A stretch of DNA of 64,000 nt from an uncultured Candidatus Saccharibacteria bacterium. GTDB taxonomy: Bacteria > Patescibacteriota > Minisyncoccia > Phycocordibacterales > UBA6065. How positions within the stretch are numbered: position 1 is the first letter of the stretch; each line of letters starts with the position of its first letter. Location of the stretch: the NCBI GenBank assembly GCA_964495425.1, contig CAZBVG010000002.1, positions 78,570 through 142,569 on the forward strand, given 5' to 3'. Shown here piece after piece: positions 54,407-64,000 of this stretch. The notes under the pieces are model-generated. The model was given only the letters and a program-made list of their open reading frames with translations, was not told the origin of the DNA and did no database searches. A program made the translations under genes and the position numbers.

Positions 54407-57400
54407 TTATTCTTCTATATTTTCTACCTGCTTTGGTGCTATCTTCTCAATCATCTCATGTTTTGGACTACCTTTGTAACCAGTACCCGCTGGAATGAGA
54501 CGACCAATAATAACGTTTTCCTTGAGACCCTGGAGTCTATCTTCTGTACCTCGAATAGCTGCTGAGATGAAGATTCGTGTAGTGTGCTGGAACGATGCTG
54601 CTGAAAGGAATGACTGTCGAGAAAGTGATACCTCAGTAATACCCATCACAACAGATTCTGTTGTTGCTGAATCCTTACCTAGTGCCTTCTGCTTGTCGTT
54701 CTCTTCAGTAATATCGAATGCGTCCGCAACATCATCAATTGAGAATCGAGAATCTCCTGAGCCTGTAACACGTCGTCGTGAGAACATCTGCTTCACGATG
54801 ATTTCGATGTGCTTTCGAGACACAGTTTCACCCTGAAGTTCGTAAATCTTACCGATTTCACGAATGATGTACTCCATTGCCTTCTCCTTGCCTGCGTACT
54901 CGAAAATTTCATCGATATCAGCAGAACCATCAGTGAGAAGCTGACCCTTAGTTACCTTGTCGCCCATCTTAACGAGCGCCATTCGTTTGTAATTGAATAC
55001 ATATTCAACCTCACCAGATTTCTTACCCTTACCCTTATCTTCAAGATCAGGAATAACAGTAATCGTCTTTTCCTTACCGCCATCCTTAACAGATGAAACA
55101 GTACCGCTCACCGTAGCAACAACAGCAGGATTCTTTGGTCGGCGCTTTTCGAACACTTCTTCAACTCGAGGAAGACCCTGTGTGATGTCTCCACCAACAG
55201 ACGCAGTACCTCCGGCGTGGAATGTACGCATCGTAAGCTGAGTACCAGGTTCACCGATCGCTTGTGCAGCGACAGTTCCTACCGCCTCACCTATATCAAT
55301 GAGATGATTTTTACCAAGATCAATACCGTAACACTGCTGACATACACCATGAAGTGTCTTACATGAAAGTGGTGATCGAACCTTAATTTCAGTTGCTCCT
55401 GCATTTTCGATTGCTGCTGCATCCTGTTTAGAAAGAAGTGTTCCTTTCTTAAAGAGTGTAGTGCCCTTTGCATCCTTCACATCTTCAGCAAGTACTCGGC
55501 CTCGAATGTTTTTAGCAATTGAGACTTCAATACCTGAAGCACTTTCCTTCTTGATAACAATTGAATCCTTGGTACCACAATCAGCTTCGGTAACCATAAC
55601 ATCCTGTGCTACATCGAAGAGTCGTCGAGTAAGATAACCTGCTCGAGCGGTGTTAAGCGCGGTGTCTGTAAGACCCTTTCGTGCACCGTGAGTTGTAATG
55701 AAGTATTCAATCGGTGTGAGACCTTCCTTCATACCTGAGATAATTGGGAATTCGATAGTTTCACCCGCAGTATTTGTGATGAGACCCTTCATACCCACCA
55801 TCTGTGTAATGTTACCAATAGAACCTCGAGCACCTGATCGCACCATATCGGTTACTGGACCCTGTGGCTCAAGAGAATCCGGGATGAGCTTTTCAATATC
55901 TGACTTAGCTTTGTGCCAAATCTCAACATTCTTTCGAATTCGTTCATCGTCAGAAAGAAGACCATCATTGAACTGATCATTCACAGTTTCTGACTCAACC
56001 TTAGCCTTCGCCACAACTCCATCCTTACCTGCTGGAGTTTTTACGTCATCAATACCCCATGTAATACCTGAGTATGTAGTGTAGTTGAAGCCGAATTTCT
56101 TAATGTCGTTGAGAATAACCGGCACCTTATCAATTGAGTATCGAATGATGAGATCATCCATGATACCTGCCATAGTCTTTCGTTCAATTTCCTTATTGAT
56201 GAAAGGATAATCAACCGGAAGAATATTGTTAAAGAGAATTCGACCGACTGTTGTGTCGAATACTTTGCCCTTGAATTCGCCGAATTTAGCCGTATCTGGA
56301 GCAAGAACCTTTACCGATGCTCGGTATGATACTTCGCCGAAATCAGATGCGAGAACTGCTGCTTCTGGTGATTCAAAAATCTTACCCTCACCCTTTTCAC
56401 CCTTAACTGACTTGGTCATCCAATACACACCCAAGATAATGTCGAGCATTTTGTTGGTGAGTGTAAGATCACCTGAACCTGGCTTCAAGATGTTTTTATC
56501 TGATGCCATGATTTCCTTTGCCTCCTTCTGTGCTTCTGGAGAAAGTGGAACGTGAACGGCCATCTGGTCTCCGTCGAAGTCCGCGTTGAACGCTGAACAT
56601 ACGAGTGGGTGAACCTGAATAGCGTTACCTTCAATGAGTTTTGGTCGGAATGCCTGAATACCGAGTCGGTGGAGCGTAGGTGCTCGGTTCAAAAGCACGT
56701 ACTTGCCTTCAATCACATCTTCAAGAATCGCCCATACTTCTGGAATGCCATCTTCGATAAGTCGTGATGCGCCTCGGATGTTGTATGCGAGTTCTCGCTT
56801 CAAGAGTTCAGAAATAACGAACGGCTTGAAAAGTTCGAGTGCCATGTGCTTTGGAAGACCGCACTGGTCGAGTGCCAAATCTGGACCCACGACGATAACT
56901 GATCGTCCTGAGTAGTCCACTCGCTTACCGAGAAGGTTACCTCGGAGAAGTCCTCGCTTACCCTTAAGGTTGTCAGCAAGAGACTTGAGTGCTCGCTTTG
57001 ATGCAAGTGATCCAGCGGCAGTTGTCGAGTTACCGTGTCGGATTGAGTTGTCGATAAGCGCATCAACAGCTTCCTGCAAGATTCGCTTTTCGTTTCTCAA
57101 GATTACATCAGGAGCCATGATTTCCTTAAGCTTCTGAAGTCGGTTATTTCGGTTAATAACACGTCGATAAAGATCGTTTACATCTGAAGTTGCGTAGCGA
57201 CCACCATCAAGAGGAACCATCGGTCGAAGTGCTGGTGGAATAACTGGGATTCGAGAAAGGAACATCCACTCTGGGCGAATGTTTGACTTGATCATTGCTC
57301 GAATAACAGAGAGTCGGCGATTCATCTTATCTTTCTCAAGGCTGTTTGCTTTTTCGAGAGCAGTTACCACATGTGCTTCAAGCTTCTTGAGATCAAGAGC

Positions 57401-58087
57401 CTTGCAGATGTTATAAATTGCTTCCGCACCAATACCAGCGTCAAAGAGAGTTGCGTATTTCATCGCATACTTTCCGTACTCAACCTCGTCGAGAACTACG
57501 CTGGTCTGGATTGCATCAATTTCCTTCTTTGCGCCTGAGTACATTGTCTTGAGCGCCTCCTTTGTTTTCTCGTCCTGAGCTGTCTTTATTTTTGACTTAA
57601 ATTCTGACTCAAGATCCTTCATGATCTCTGCTCGCGCATTCTCATGAACCGCTGTAACAATGTAGCCTGCAAAGTAAATAACCTTCTCAAGATCTGCTGT
57701 GGTCATTCCCAAGATAAGACCAAGTCGTGAAGGCATTGATCGAAGGAACCAAATATGTGAGACCGGGGTCGCGAGTTCAATGTGACCCATTCGCTCTCGT
57801 CGTACGATTGATCGTGTGATTTCTACCCCACATTTTTCGCAGACAATTCCCTTATATCGAATACCTCGATATTTACCGCAGTAACATTCGTAATCCTTGT
57901 CTGGACCGAAAATCTTCTCGTCGAAAAGACCGTTCTTTTCTGAACGCTGTGTTCGGTAGTTAATTGTTTCCGGTTTTGTTACTTCACCGAAAGACCATTC
58001 CTTGATTCGATCAGGAGATGCAAGGCGAAGCGCCACTACATCGAAGTCTGTGAATTCTGGAGTCTTATTTTTTTGTGTATATGCCAT
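54407..58087 (-). CDS. rpoC: DNA-directed RNA polymerase subunit beta'
   Basis: NADFDGDQMAVHVP catalytic motif, zinc-binding cysteines near the N-terminus. 1226 aa. Confidence 0.97.
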   Translation of the reverse strand: MAYTQKNKTPEFTDFDVVALRLASPDRIKEWSFGEVTKPETINYRTQRSEKNGLFDEKIFGPDKDYECYCGKYRGIRYKGIVCEKCGVEITRSIVRRERMGHIELATPVSHIWFLRSMPSRLGLILGMTTADLEKVIYFAGYIVTAVHENARAEIMKDLESEFKSKIKTAQDEKTKEALKTMYSGAKKEIDAIQTSVVLDEVEYGKYAMKYATLFDAGIGAEAIYNICKALDLKKLEAHVVTALEKANSLEKDKMNRRLSVIRAMIKSNIRPEWMFLSRIPVIPPALRPMVPLDGGRYATSDVNDLYRRVINRNNRLQKLKEIMAPDVILRNEKRILQEAVDALIDNSIRHGNSTTAAGSLASKRALKSLADNLKGKRGLLRGNLLGKRVDYSGRSVIVVGPDLALDQCGLPKHMALELFKPFVISELLKRELAYNIRGASRLIEDGIPEVWAILEDVIEGKYVLLNRAPTLHRLGIQAFRPKLIEGNAIQVHPLVCSAFNADFDGDQMAVHVPLSPEAQKEAKEIMASDKNILKPGSGDLTLTNKMLDIILGVYWMTKSVKGEKGEGKIFESPEAAVLASDFGEVSYRASVKVLAPDTAKFGEFKGKVFDTTVGRILFNNILPVDYPFINKEIERKTMAGIMDDLIIRYSIDKVPVILNDIKKFGFNYTTYSGITWGIDDVKTPAGKDGVVAKAKVESETVNDQFNDGLLSDDERIRKNVEIWHKAKSDIEKLIPDSLEPQGPVTDMVRSGARGSIGNITQMVGMKGLITNTAGETIEFPIISGMKEGLTPIEYFITTHGARKGLTDTALNTARAGYLTRRLFDVAQDVMVTEADCGTKDSIVIKKESASGIEVSIAKNIRGRVLAEDVKDAKGTTLFKKGTLLSKQDAAAIENAGATEIKVRSPLSCKTLHGVCQQCYGIDLGKNHLIDIGEAVGTVAAQAIGEPGTQLTMRTFHAGGTASVGGDITQGLPRVEEVFEKRRPKNPAVVATVSGTVSSVKDGGKEKTITVIPDLEDKGKGKKSGEVEYVFNYKRMALVKMGDKVTKGQLLTDGSADIDEIFEYAGKEKAMEYIIREIGKIYELQGETVSRKHIEIIVKQMFSRRRVTGSGDSRFSIDDVADAFDITEENDKQKALGKDSATTESVVMGITEVSLSRQSFLSAASFQHTTRIFISAAIRGTEDRLQGLKENVIIGRLIPAGTGYKGSPKHEMIEKIAPKQVENIEE

Positions 58088-58116
58088 ATAGATGTGAATT
58101 AGAACTTAGATATAGC

Positions 58117-61100
58117 TTATTTCTTCTTACTAATATCCTTGCCGTCCTTTCTTAGTTCGACGTCGAGTGCAAGACCCCTAAGAGAGTTGAGTAATACATG
58201 AAATGAAGCCGGAATGTTTGGCTGCTGAAGCTGCTCCCCCTTAACAATTGAGTCAAACGCAGCTGATCGTCCCTGAATATCGTCTGATTTGATTGTAAGG
58301 ATTTCTCGAAGCGTATGAGCCACACCGTGACCGAGGAGTGCCCAGACTTCCATTTCTCCAAATCGCTGACCTCCACCCTGCGCTTTACCGCCAAGAGGCT
58401 GCTGAGTAATAAGCGAGTATGGACCAATAGATCGCATATGGATCTTGTCTTCCACCATGTGGTGAAGCTTCAAGATGTACATGTAACCAACTGAAATATC
58501 CTGCTGGAATTTTTCACCAGTTCGGCCGTCGTAGAGTGGAATCTTTCCATTTTCAGGAAGACCTGCCTTTTTAAGCTCCTGCTTAATTTCAACATCAGTA
58601 GCACCAGCAAACGGAGGAACAATCGCCTGATATCCAAGCGTATTCGCCGCAAGACCAAGATGGAGCTCAAGAATCTGACCAAGGTTCATACGTGATGGCA
58701 CACCGAGTGGTGTAAGAATCACATCAATTGGAGTTCCGTCTGCGCTGTATGGCATATCCTCTTCAGGAAGAATCTTTGAGATAACACCTTTGTTTCCGTG
58801 TCGACCTGCAAGTTTGTCTCCTACAGACACCGTTCGAAGCTGCGCTACTTCAACATGAATTCGCTTAATAATACCTGATTCAAGTTTGTCACCCTTTTCT
58901 CGTGAAAATACCTTTACAGAGATAACGCGACCTCGCTTACCTCCTTCCATTCGCTTAGAAGTATCTTTCACATCTCGAGCCTTTTCACCGAAGATAGATC
59001 GAAGAAGTCGCTCTTCTGGAGTAAGCTGCGTCTCACCCTTTGGAGTAATTTTACCGACAAGAATGTCTCCTGATCGTACTTCAGCACCGATTCGAATAAC
59101 ACCGTCTTCGTCGAGATTTCGAAGTTTTTGTTCACCAACGTTTGGAATATCGTGAGTAGTAACCTCAGGACCGAGCTTTGTATCTCGAACGTTTACGATA
59201 AATTCCTCAATGTTTATAGAGGTAAACTTTGAGTTCTTAACAACTCGTTCAGAAATAATGATTGCGTCTTCGTAGTTAGCACCTGACCATGACATGAACG
59301 CTACGAGCATGTTCTGGCCGAGCGCAATCTGACCACCATCAGATGATGATGCGTCTACAAGTACCTGTCCCTTCTTTACCTTTTCATTAAGAGATACAAC
59401 TGGTCGCTGATGATATGCGGTGAAACCGTTTGTTCGCTGGAATGAAACAAGTTTATAGGTTGTTTCCTTTCCCTTTGCGTTTTTGAAGGTAACTTTGTTT
59501 GCATCTACTGCAGAAATAACACCGTCCTCTGGTGCAAGGACAATTCGTCCTGTATATTCCGCCGCTTTTGCTTCAACACCTGTCGCAACGAGAGGAGCTT
59601 CAGGGATGATACATGGGGTTGCCTGCTTCTGCATGTTCGAACCCATGAGCGCTCGGTTTGCGTCGTCGTGGTTAAGGAACGGAATCATATTTGTCGCAAT
59701 CGAGAATGCCTGATTCGTTGACACATCAATGAAATCAACCTCTTCTCGCTTGGCGATTGTAGGACCACCGTTTTGTCGCACCTCTACAACTTCCTCAAGA
59801 ATCTTGCCGTCCTTGTCATACGGAGTTGCCGCATGAGCAATTCGGTAGCTTTCTTCTTCAAGTGCATTTAGATACACAATTTCCTTGGTAACCTTACCTC
59901 CCTTTACCTTTGCATAAGGAGTTTCAATCATTCCAAAGTCATTGAGTCGAGCGTATGTAGAAAGGCGCAAGATAAGACCGATGTTTGGACCTTCTGGAGT
60001 ATGGATCGGACAAAGTCGACCATAGTGAGATGGGTGCACGTCTCGCACTTCGAAACCCGCTCGTTCTCGTGTAAGACCACCAGGACCGAGCGCTGAAAGC
60101 GTTCGGAGGTGTTCAAGCTCAGTAAGAATGTTTTCCTGCTGCATGAACTGTGAAAGCTGGTTGGTTGTAAAGAATTCCTTAAGTCGTGCCTGGAGAGGTC
60201 GTGGAGAAACAAATGTAAGAGGCTGTGTTGTATCTGGCTCGATAGTAGACATTCGATCCTGAATATTTCGCTTCATCTGTGAGAGACCAACACGAAGCTT
60301 CTGCTGCATAAGTTCACCAACATAACGAACACGTCGTGAACCAAGATGATCAATATCATCTTCCATTGCATCGAGCTTGCCGTTAAGGTGCACAATGTGA
60401 CCAATAATAGTTGCAAGATCATCAGCGGTAATAGTCTTCTGCTCGAGATCTTTTTCTTCCATAGACTTGCCGAATCGCTTGTTAAAGCGGAAACGTCCTA
60501 CGTTTGAAAGATCATATCGATCCTTATGGAATAGCGACATGATAAATTCCTTTGCGTTGTCAGCAGTTGCAAGATCTCCATCTCGAAGTCGCTTATGGAT
60601 CTCGATATATGCATCATTTACTGTCTTTGCAGTATCCTTTGCGAGTGATGCTGCAACCACCTTTTGTGCAGCCTCGTCACCCTTGAAGTATGCGAGGATT
60701 TTCTCATCCGTATCTGCCCCGAGAGCTCGGAGTAATGCGGTAACCATGAACTTTCGCTTACGATCGATACGAGCATAGATTGTGCCATCATTATCAGTTT
60801 CGATTTCAAGCCATACGCCTCGTGCTGGGATCACTTTAGCGCCGAATACTGTCTTGCCCTTTACCTCATCTGAAGTAAAGAAAACACCGAATGATCGTGC
60901 AAGCTGGGGTACGATTACACGTTCAATACCGTTGATGATGAATGTTCCGTGAGATGTCATCAATGGAAAATCAGCGAGGAAGATTTCCTGCTCTTTTTCA
61001 GAGTTAAACATCTTATTCTTAAGCTTTATGCGAACCTTAAGGGGTGCTTCGTATGAAAGCTTATTGTCTTTTGCATAATGCTCGTCATATTTTGCTTCTG

Positions 61101-61296
61101 CGAGCTCGAAACCTGTGAAAGACAACTCAAATTTCTTGTCTGAATAGTCCTTGATTGGCGAGAATTCCTGAAAAAGATCTGAAAGACCTTTTTCGATAAG
61201 CCACTTGAACGACTCCGTCTGTGCCTCTACGAGATTTGGAATGTCCGCGAGAGGTTCCTTGAATCGTCCGAAATACTTCTGTTCTTTCTTTAGCAT
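58117..61296 (-). CDS. rpoB: DNA-directed RNA polymerase subunit beta
   Basis: Conserved beta-subunit regions across 1059 aa (…GLILRLSTYARLNDFGMIETPY…). Confidence 0.97.
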   Translation of the reverse strand: MLKKEQKYFGRFKEPLADIPNLVEAQTESFKWLIEKGLSDLFQEFSPIKDYSDKKFELSFTGFELAEAKYDEHYAKDNKLSYEAPLKVRIKLKNKMFNSEKEQEIFLADFPLMTSHGTFIINGIERVIVPQLARSFGVFFTSDEVKGKTVFGAKVIPARGVWLEIETDNDGTIYARIDRKRKFMVTALLRALGADTDEKILAYFKGDEAAQKVVAASLAKDTAKTVNDAYIEIHKRLRDGDLATADNAKEFIMSLFHKDRYDLSNVGRFRFNKRFGKSMEEKDLEQKTITADDLATIIGHIVHLNGKLDAMEDDIDHLGSRRVRYVGELMQQKLRVGLSQMKRNIQDRMSTIEPDTTQPLTFVSPRPLQARLKEFFTTNQLSQFMQQENILTELEHLRTLSALGPGGLTRERAGFEVRDVHPSHYGRLCPIHTPEGPNIGLILRLSTYARLNDFGMIETPYAKVKGGKVTKEIVYLNALEEESYRIAHAATPYDKDGKILEEVVEVRQNGGPTIAKREEVDFIDVSTNQAFSIATNMIPFLNHDDANRALMGSNMQKQATPCIIPEAPLVATGVEAKAAEYTGRIVLAPEDGVISAVDANKVTFKNAKGKETTYKLVSFQRTNGFTAYHQRPVVSLNEKVKKGQVLVDASSSDGGQIALGQNMLVAFMSWSGANYEDAIIISERVVKNSKFTSINIEEFIVNVRDTKLGPEVTTHDIPNVGEQKLRNLDEDGVIRIGAEVRSGDILVGKITPKGETQLTPEERLLRSIFGEKARDVKDTSKRMEGGKRGRVISVKVFSREKGDKLESGIIKRIHVEVAQLRTVSVGDKLAGRHGNKGVISKILPEEDMPYSADGTPIDVILTPLGVPSRMNLGQILELHLGLAANTLGYQAIVPPFAGATDVEIKQELKKAGLPENGKIPLYDGRTGEKFQQDISVGYMYILKLHHMVEDKIHMRSIGPYSLITQQPLGGKAQGGGQRFGEMEVWALLGHGVAHTLREILTIKSDDIQGRSAAFDSIVKGEQLQQPNIPASFHVLLNSLRGLALDVELRKDGKDISKKK

Positions 61297-61506
61297 AGTC
61301 AGTATAAAACCTTATAAAAATCGTTTTCAAAAACTACAGAACACAGAGAACGAGTAAAGAACGCAAAATGACCTCCTTGAAAGAGGTTTCCGTTCGTTTA
61401 AGTCGATCTTATGAAAGTGTAGGCAAGAAAAGGATAAAAAACCCTTATAAATACTTCGTGTTTCCCCAGTAACACAATCTTGCTCGAAGTGGTGTAGATA
61501 GTATAT

Positions 61507-61532
61507 GAAAACCCCGCTCAGGTCAAGCGGGG
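61507..61532 (-). terminator. Rho-independent terminator (CCCCGCT-CAGGTCA-AGCGGGG) after the Thr/Pro-rich surface-protein gene
   Basis: 7-bp GC stem with A-run on plus upstream (T-run on minus). Confidence 0.5.
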
Positions 61533-61538
61533 TTTGTG

Positions 61539-62351
61539 TTAGTTACTTGAAATACTAAAATCTGGCCCTGTAAGAGGCGTACCGCCCAGTGCATATTCGA
61601 CAGAGGCATTTGTAGAGGTATGCCCTCGTATACCTTCAACCACAATACGAACTTGGCCCTTACGTGGAGTTTGGCCATTTATAACGAAAGAAATCGGACT
61701 TGAGACTACATGACTTGAGAGCTTTGTTACGTGAGTTTCATTGATAACTGATGAATCTCCGTAGTTTTTTTGTCCAGATAGTACAGAAATCGTGAGATCT
61801 CCCGATCGGTATGAATCTGAAACCACTTTCCACGTAATTGAATCAACGTACCATGTGCCAATCGCCTGCACCTTACCGGATTGCGCCTCAATTGTAAGAA
61901 GAGTTGTACCATTTCTTACATCTCGTGGAGAAACAAACCCAGCTGGAGTAAAACCGTCATTTAATACAAACGTCGGTATTTCAACTTGCACTGCGGTTGT
62001 GCTACTTCCATTAACCTCAGACTTTGTTGATGTGGCCTTTGTAGTGGTTGAAGTGGGTTTTGTTGAAGTTGCCTTCGGTGGATTCGAAACTGGCTTTGTT
62101 GAAGTAGGTTTTCCTACTGGCACGCCAACAGGTGGAAGCGGATTGCTCTTTACTGGTGTCGTTGTTGGTGTCACAACAACAGGTGTAGGTTTATTGGTAG
62201 TCGTAGATGTTGGCGGGACAACAACTGCTGGAACCGCCTTATCTTTTTTAAACCAAGAAAACGGATTCCACCACGAAGCTTCAACGCTGTGAGGTGAAAC
62301 AAGAACCAGTACGACAGCCGCCAACACAAGTCCTTTTAATATATTTTTCAT
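61539..62351 (-). CDS. Secreted surface protein with Thr/Pro-rich low-complexity linker and beta-rich C-terminal domain
   Basis: Signal peptide MKNILKGLVLAAVVLVLVSPHSVEA. (TSTKP/TTTP)n repeats at residues ~35-115. Confidence 0.55.
   Translation of the reverse strand: MKNILKGLVLAAVVLVLVSPHSVEASWWNPFSWFKKDKAVPAVVVPPTSTTTNKPTPVVVTPTTTPVKSNPLPPVGVPVGKPTSTKPVSNPPKATSTKPTSTTTKATSTKSEVNGSSTTAVQVEIPTFVLNDGFTPAGFVSPRDVRNGTTLLTIEAQSGKVQAIGTWYVDSITWKVVSDSYRSGDLTISVLSGQKNYGDSSVINETHVTKLSSHVVSSPISFVINGQTPRKGQVRIVVEGIRGHTSTNASVEYALGGTPLTGPDFSISSN
62006..62246 (-). repeat. Low-complexity Thr/Pro/Lys-rich coding repeats inside the surface-protein gene
   Basis: Approximate tandem nucleotide repeats (GTTGAAGT/GTAGGTTT variants) encoding KPTSTKP-like units. 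Confidence 0.4.
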
Positions 62352-62386
62352 ACGTTTGATCTTTATTATTAGTAAGTATACTCCCC

Positions 62387-63520
62387 TTATTCATTTTCAA
62401 CATCCTTCTCTACCTTGCGTATTTCTTTAACAATCATCTTCTCAGCTTCCGTAAGACTTTCCTTAATATCACTAACAATTTTTGGACCCGCTACACCTTG
62501 AAGGTCTTTATCAACCTCAGATCGGGGATTTTTAAGAATCGTGTCCACCGCGTCCTCCACTTTTTCAAGGTCACCTTTAACCTTCTTTTTAAAATGCATA
62601 ATTTTTCTCCTATCCCACACAATGAGAGAAATGAGAAGGACAAAGAGAATGCCCGCGAGTATCGCCATCGATTTTGCAAATGAGAGTGTGGTTTTTTCCT
62701 TTACGATAAATGTTTTTTGTTCGGATTTTTCACTCTTTAACCCTGCTGAGTTCTTTGCATAAGCAGATATTGAGTAGGTACCGAGTGGCAAACTGCTTTC
62801 GTAGCGCGCCACAAATTGACCACTATCATTTGAAACTGCGGTAAATTCAATATCAGCAGAAGAAGCCGAGGTAATAACTACAACAACATCGACATTTGGT
62901 GATGTTTTACCCTTTACAGTGAATGTACCATCTGGAAGCACCTCCTTATCGTATGACGTGATCTCAGGTGCAAGTGGCTTTTCAGGTACCTGTGGAGTTA
63001 CGGGCTTAGGCTTGACCGGTTCTTCTGACTTTACAGGTGCAGGTTCTACAGTATAGGTAGCACCCTGCAAATTTTTCATGATATTTGTACCATTTCCATC
63101 ATTTGCAAGTATCGCTCCCGCTGAAATCTTTACCTGTGCGGTACCTATTTTTACTGGACGGAAATTAATTGTCAGCAAATTCCCACGTGAGCCAGTATAT
63201 CCGGGATTTGGAAGTACTCCTTCGAATTTAATAATACCTGTTTGATTAGAAAAGCTTGGTTCTTCAACCCACAGAGCAACAATTGATCCAGATTTAGAGA
63301 TAGAATCTACCTGTAGTTCGCTTGTGGAGAATTGTACTGTCGTAGAAAAGGCATTGACCGCCTGAGTAGGAGTAGATACGTTCACAGTGACCGGAATTAT
63401 TCTTCCGACTGAATACGTGCCATTTGCTGGTGAAAGAAACAGAGTATCTGCAAATGCTAAAAATGGCAGACCTAGGAGGACCGTCGTGATAATCGCCGAA
63501 CGAAATATAATAACGCGCAT
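62387..63520 (-). CDS. Cell-surface protein with signal peptide, Ig/cohesin-like beta domains, Pro/Lys linker, C-terminal TM anchor and cytoplasmic tail
   Basis: Signal peptide MRVIIFRSAIITTVLLGLPFLAFA. TM segment MAILAGILFVLLISLIVW followed by a charged tail. Confidence 0.55.
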   Translation of the reverse strand: MRVIIFRSAIITTVLLGLPFLAFADTLFLSPANGTYSVGRIIPVTVNVSTPTQAVNAFSTTVQFSTSELQVDSISKSGSIVALWVEEPSFSNQTGIIKFEGVLPNPGYTGSRGNLLTINFRPVKIGTAQVKISAGAILANDGNGTNIMKNLQGATYTVEPAPVKSEEPVKPKPVTPQVPEKPLAPEITSYDKEVLPDGTFTVKGKTSPNVDVVVVITSASSADIEFTAVSNDSGQFVARYESSLPLGTYSISAYAKNSAGLKSEKSEQKTFIVKEKTTLSFAKSMAILAGILFVLLISLIVWDRRKIMHFKKKVKGDLEKVEDAVDTILKNPRSEVDKDLQGVAGPKIVSDIKESLTEAEKMIVKEIRKVEKDVENE

Positions 63521-64000
63521 AGTGCTGTTACACTAAGTATAACTTCTAAAAGAGTGACTGCATAGCGGTATGGACCCCCTACTTTTTCCACACGCATATT
63601 GCCTACATTATCAGTGGCTCTAATATACAAAACCTTAAACAAGTCACTGCCGGTTAGCGCTACCGGACTTGTAACAGATTTCCATGAACCATTCGACGGA
63701 GTACCGAACCACGTGACCGCTGATTCATAACCCTTTACCCCGGTACCTTTGTCTTGAGTTGCAAACGAAGCAAAATAGTTACCATCAAGAAATTCTTTGT
63801 CCTTGTCTATAGTTATAATAAAGTTTTCAGGCGCTGTAACATCATCAAATTCAGTAGGCATAGCTCCCGTTCCTGTGCGCATAGAGAAATAAGTCTTGAG
63901 TGAAGTATGACCAACAAGAGTTGCATCGAGGTCATTACGACGCACCTCACCGTCTGTTACTTCAAGGGTGACTTGTTTTGCGGAGCTAGATTTAAGTGTG
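63472..64000 (-). CDS. Surface/membrane-anchored protein, 5'-partial (reading frame open to the window edge), C-terminal TM anchor
   Basis: My translation stays open upstream of the GTG-called start through position 64000. C-terminal TM LLEVILSVTALCALLYFV + RRLSRRSS. Overlaps the next gene start by 49 nt. Confidence 0.5.
   Translation of the reverse strand, partial: TLKSSSAKQVTLEVTDGEVRRNDLDATLVGHTSLKTYFSMRTGTGAMPTEFDDVTAPENFIITIDKDKEFLDGNYFASFATQDKGTGVKGYESAVTWFGTPSNGSWKSVTSPVALTGSDLFKVLYIRATDNVGNMRVEKVGGPYRYAVTLLEVILSVTALCALLYFVRRLSRRSS

Noticed and set aside
54495-60778. Numerous 60-130-aa ORFs inside rpoC and rpoB on both strands
   Set aside because: They are embedded in the two most conserved genes of the window and are reading-frame shadows.

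Overview
This window is a low-GC, gene-dense, almost entirely minus-strand-coded bacterial chromosome segment. The organism looks like a streamlined, Patescibacteria/CPR-like bacterium; that is inferred from the short aminoacyl-tRNA synthetases, the many small membrane or secreted hypothetical proteins and weak Shine-Dalgarno usage. Core content, left to right: a fused ABC exporter (partial), grpE-(small orf)-dnaK-dnaJ, a ribosomal/RNA polymerase block (rpsI, rplM, rplQ, rpoA, rpsD, rpsK, rpsM, rpmJ, infA), a PilM/FtsA-like ATPase with a membrane-anchored partner, alaS, pepF, then a DNA-repair/nuclease island (family-4 UDG, minimal MGMT, a Cas4/RecB-like Fe-S nuclease and an ATP-cone+Mrr nuclease). 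After that come mnmA, mltG, a sigma-70-region-4-only protein, leuS, ychF, zwf, umuD-like+dinB, a glycosyltransferase/DedA/PAP2 envelope cluster, tRNA-Ala(UGC), ddl, uvrC, uvrA, a receiver domain, uvrB, tgt, a LOG-family protein, an FKBP-type PPIase, rpoD-dnaG fused behind rpoB-rpoC, and a cluster of surface proteins. The main discoveries are: (1) a leuS gene with an in-frame ~200-aa RBBP9/YdeN-type serine hydrolase domain (GHSLG plus an Asp/His triad) inserted in the catalytic core; (2) the nuclease island including an ATP-cone fused to an Mrr-like endonuclease; (3) SOS-box-like GAAC-Nx-GTTC palindromes immediately upstream of umuD-dinB (next to a TATAAT) and of uvrC; (4) an apparent single-nucleotide frameshift inside rpmJ (L36); (5) GC-rich islands (41.2 kb, 33.4 kb) and two long non-coding intergenic regions (29.2 kb, 47.2 kb) that carry terminators and may encode structured RNAs or small proteins. 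No CRISPR array, rRNA or obvious mobile element was seen.
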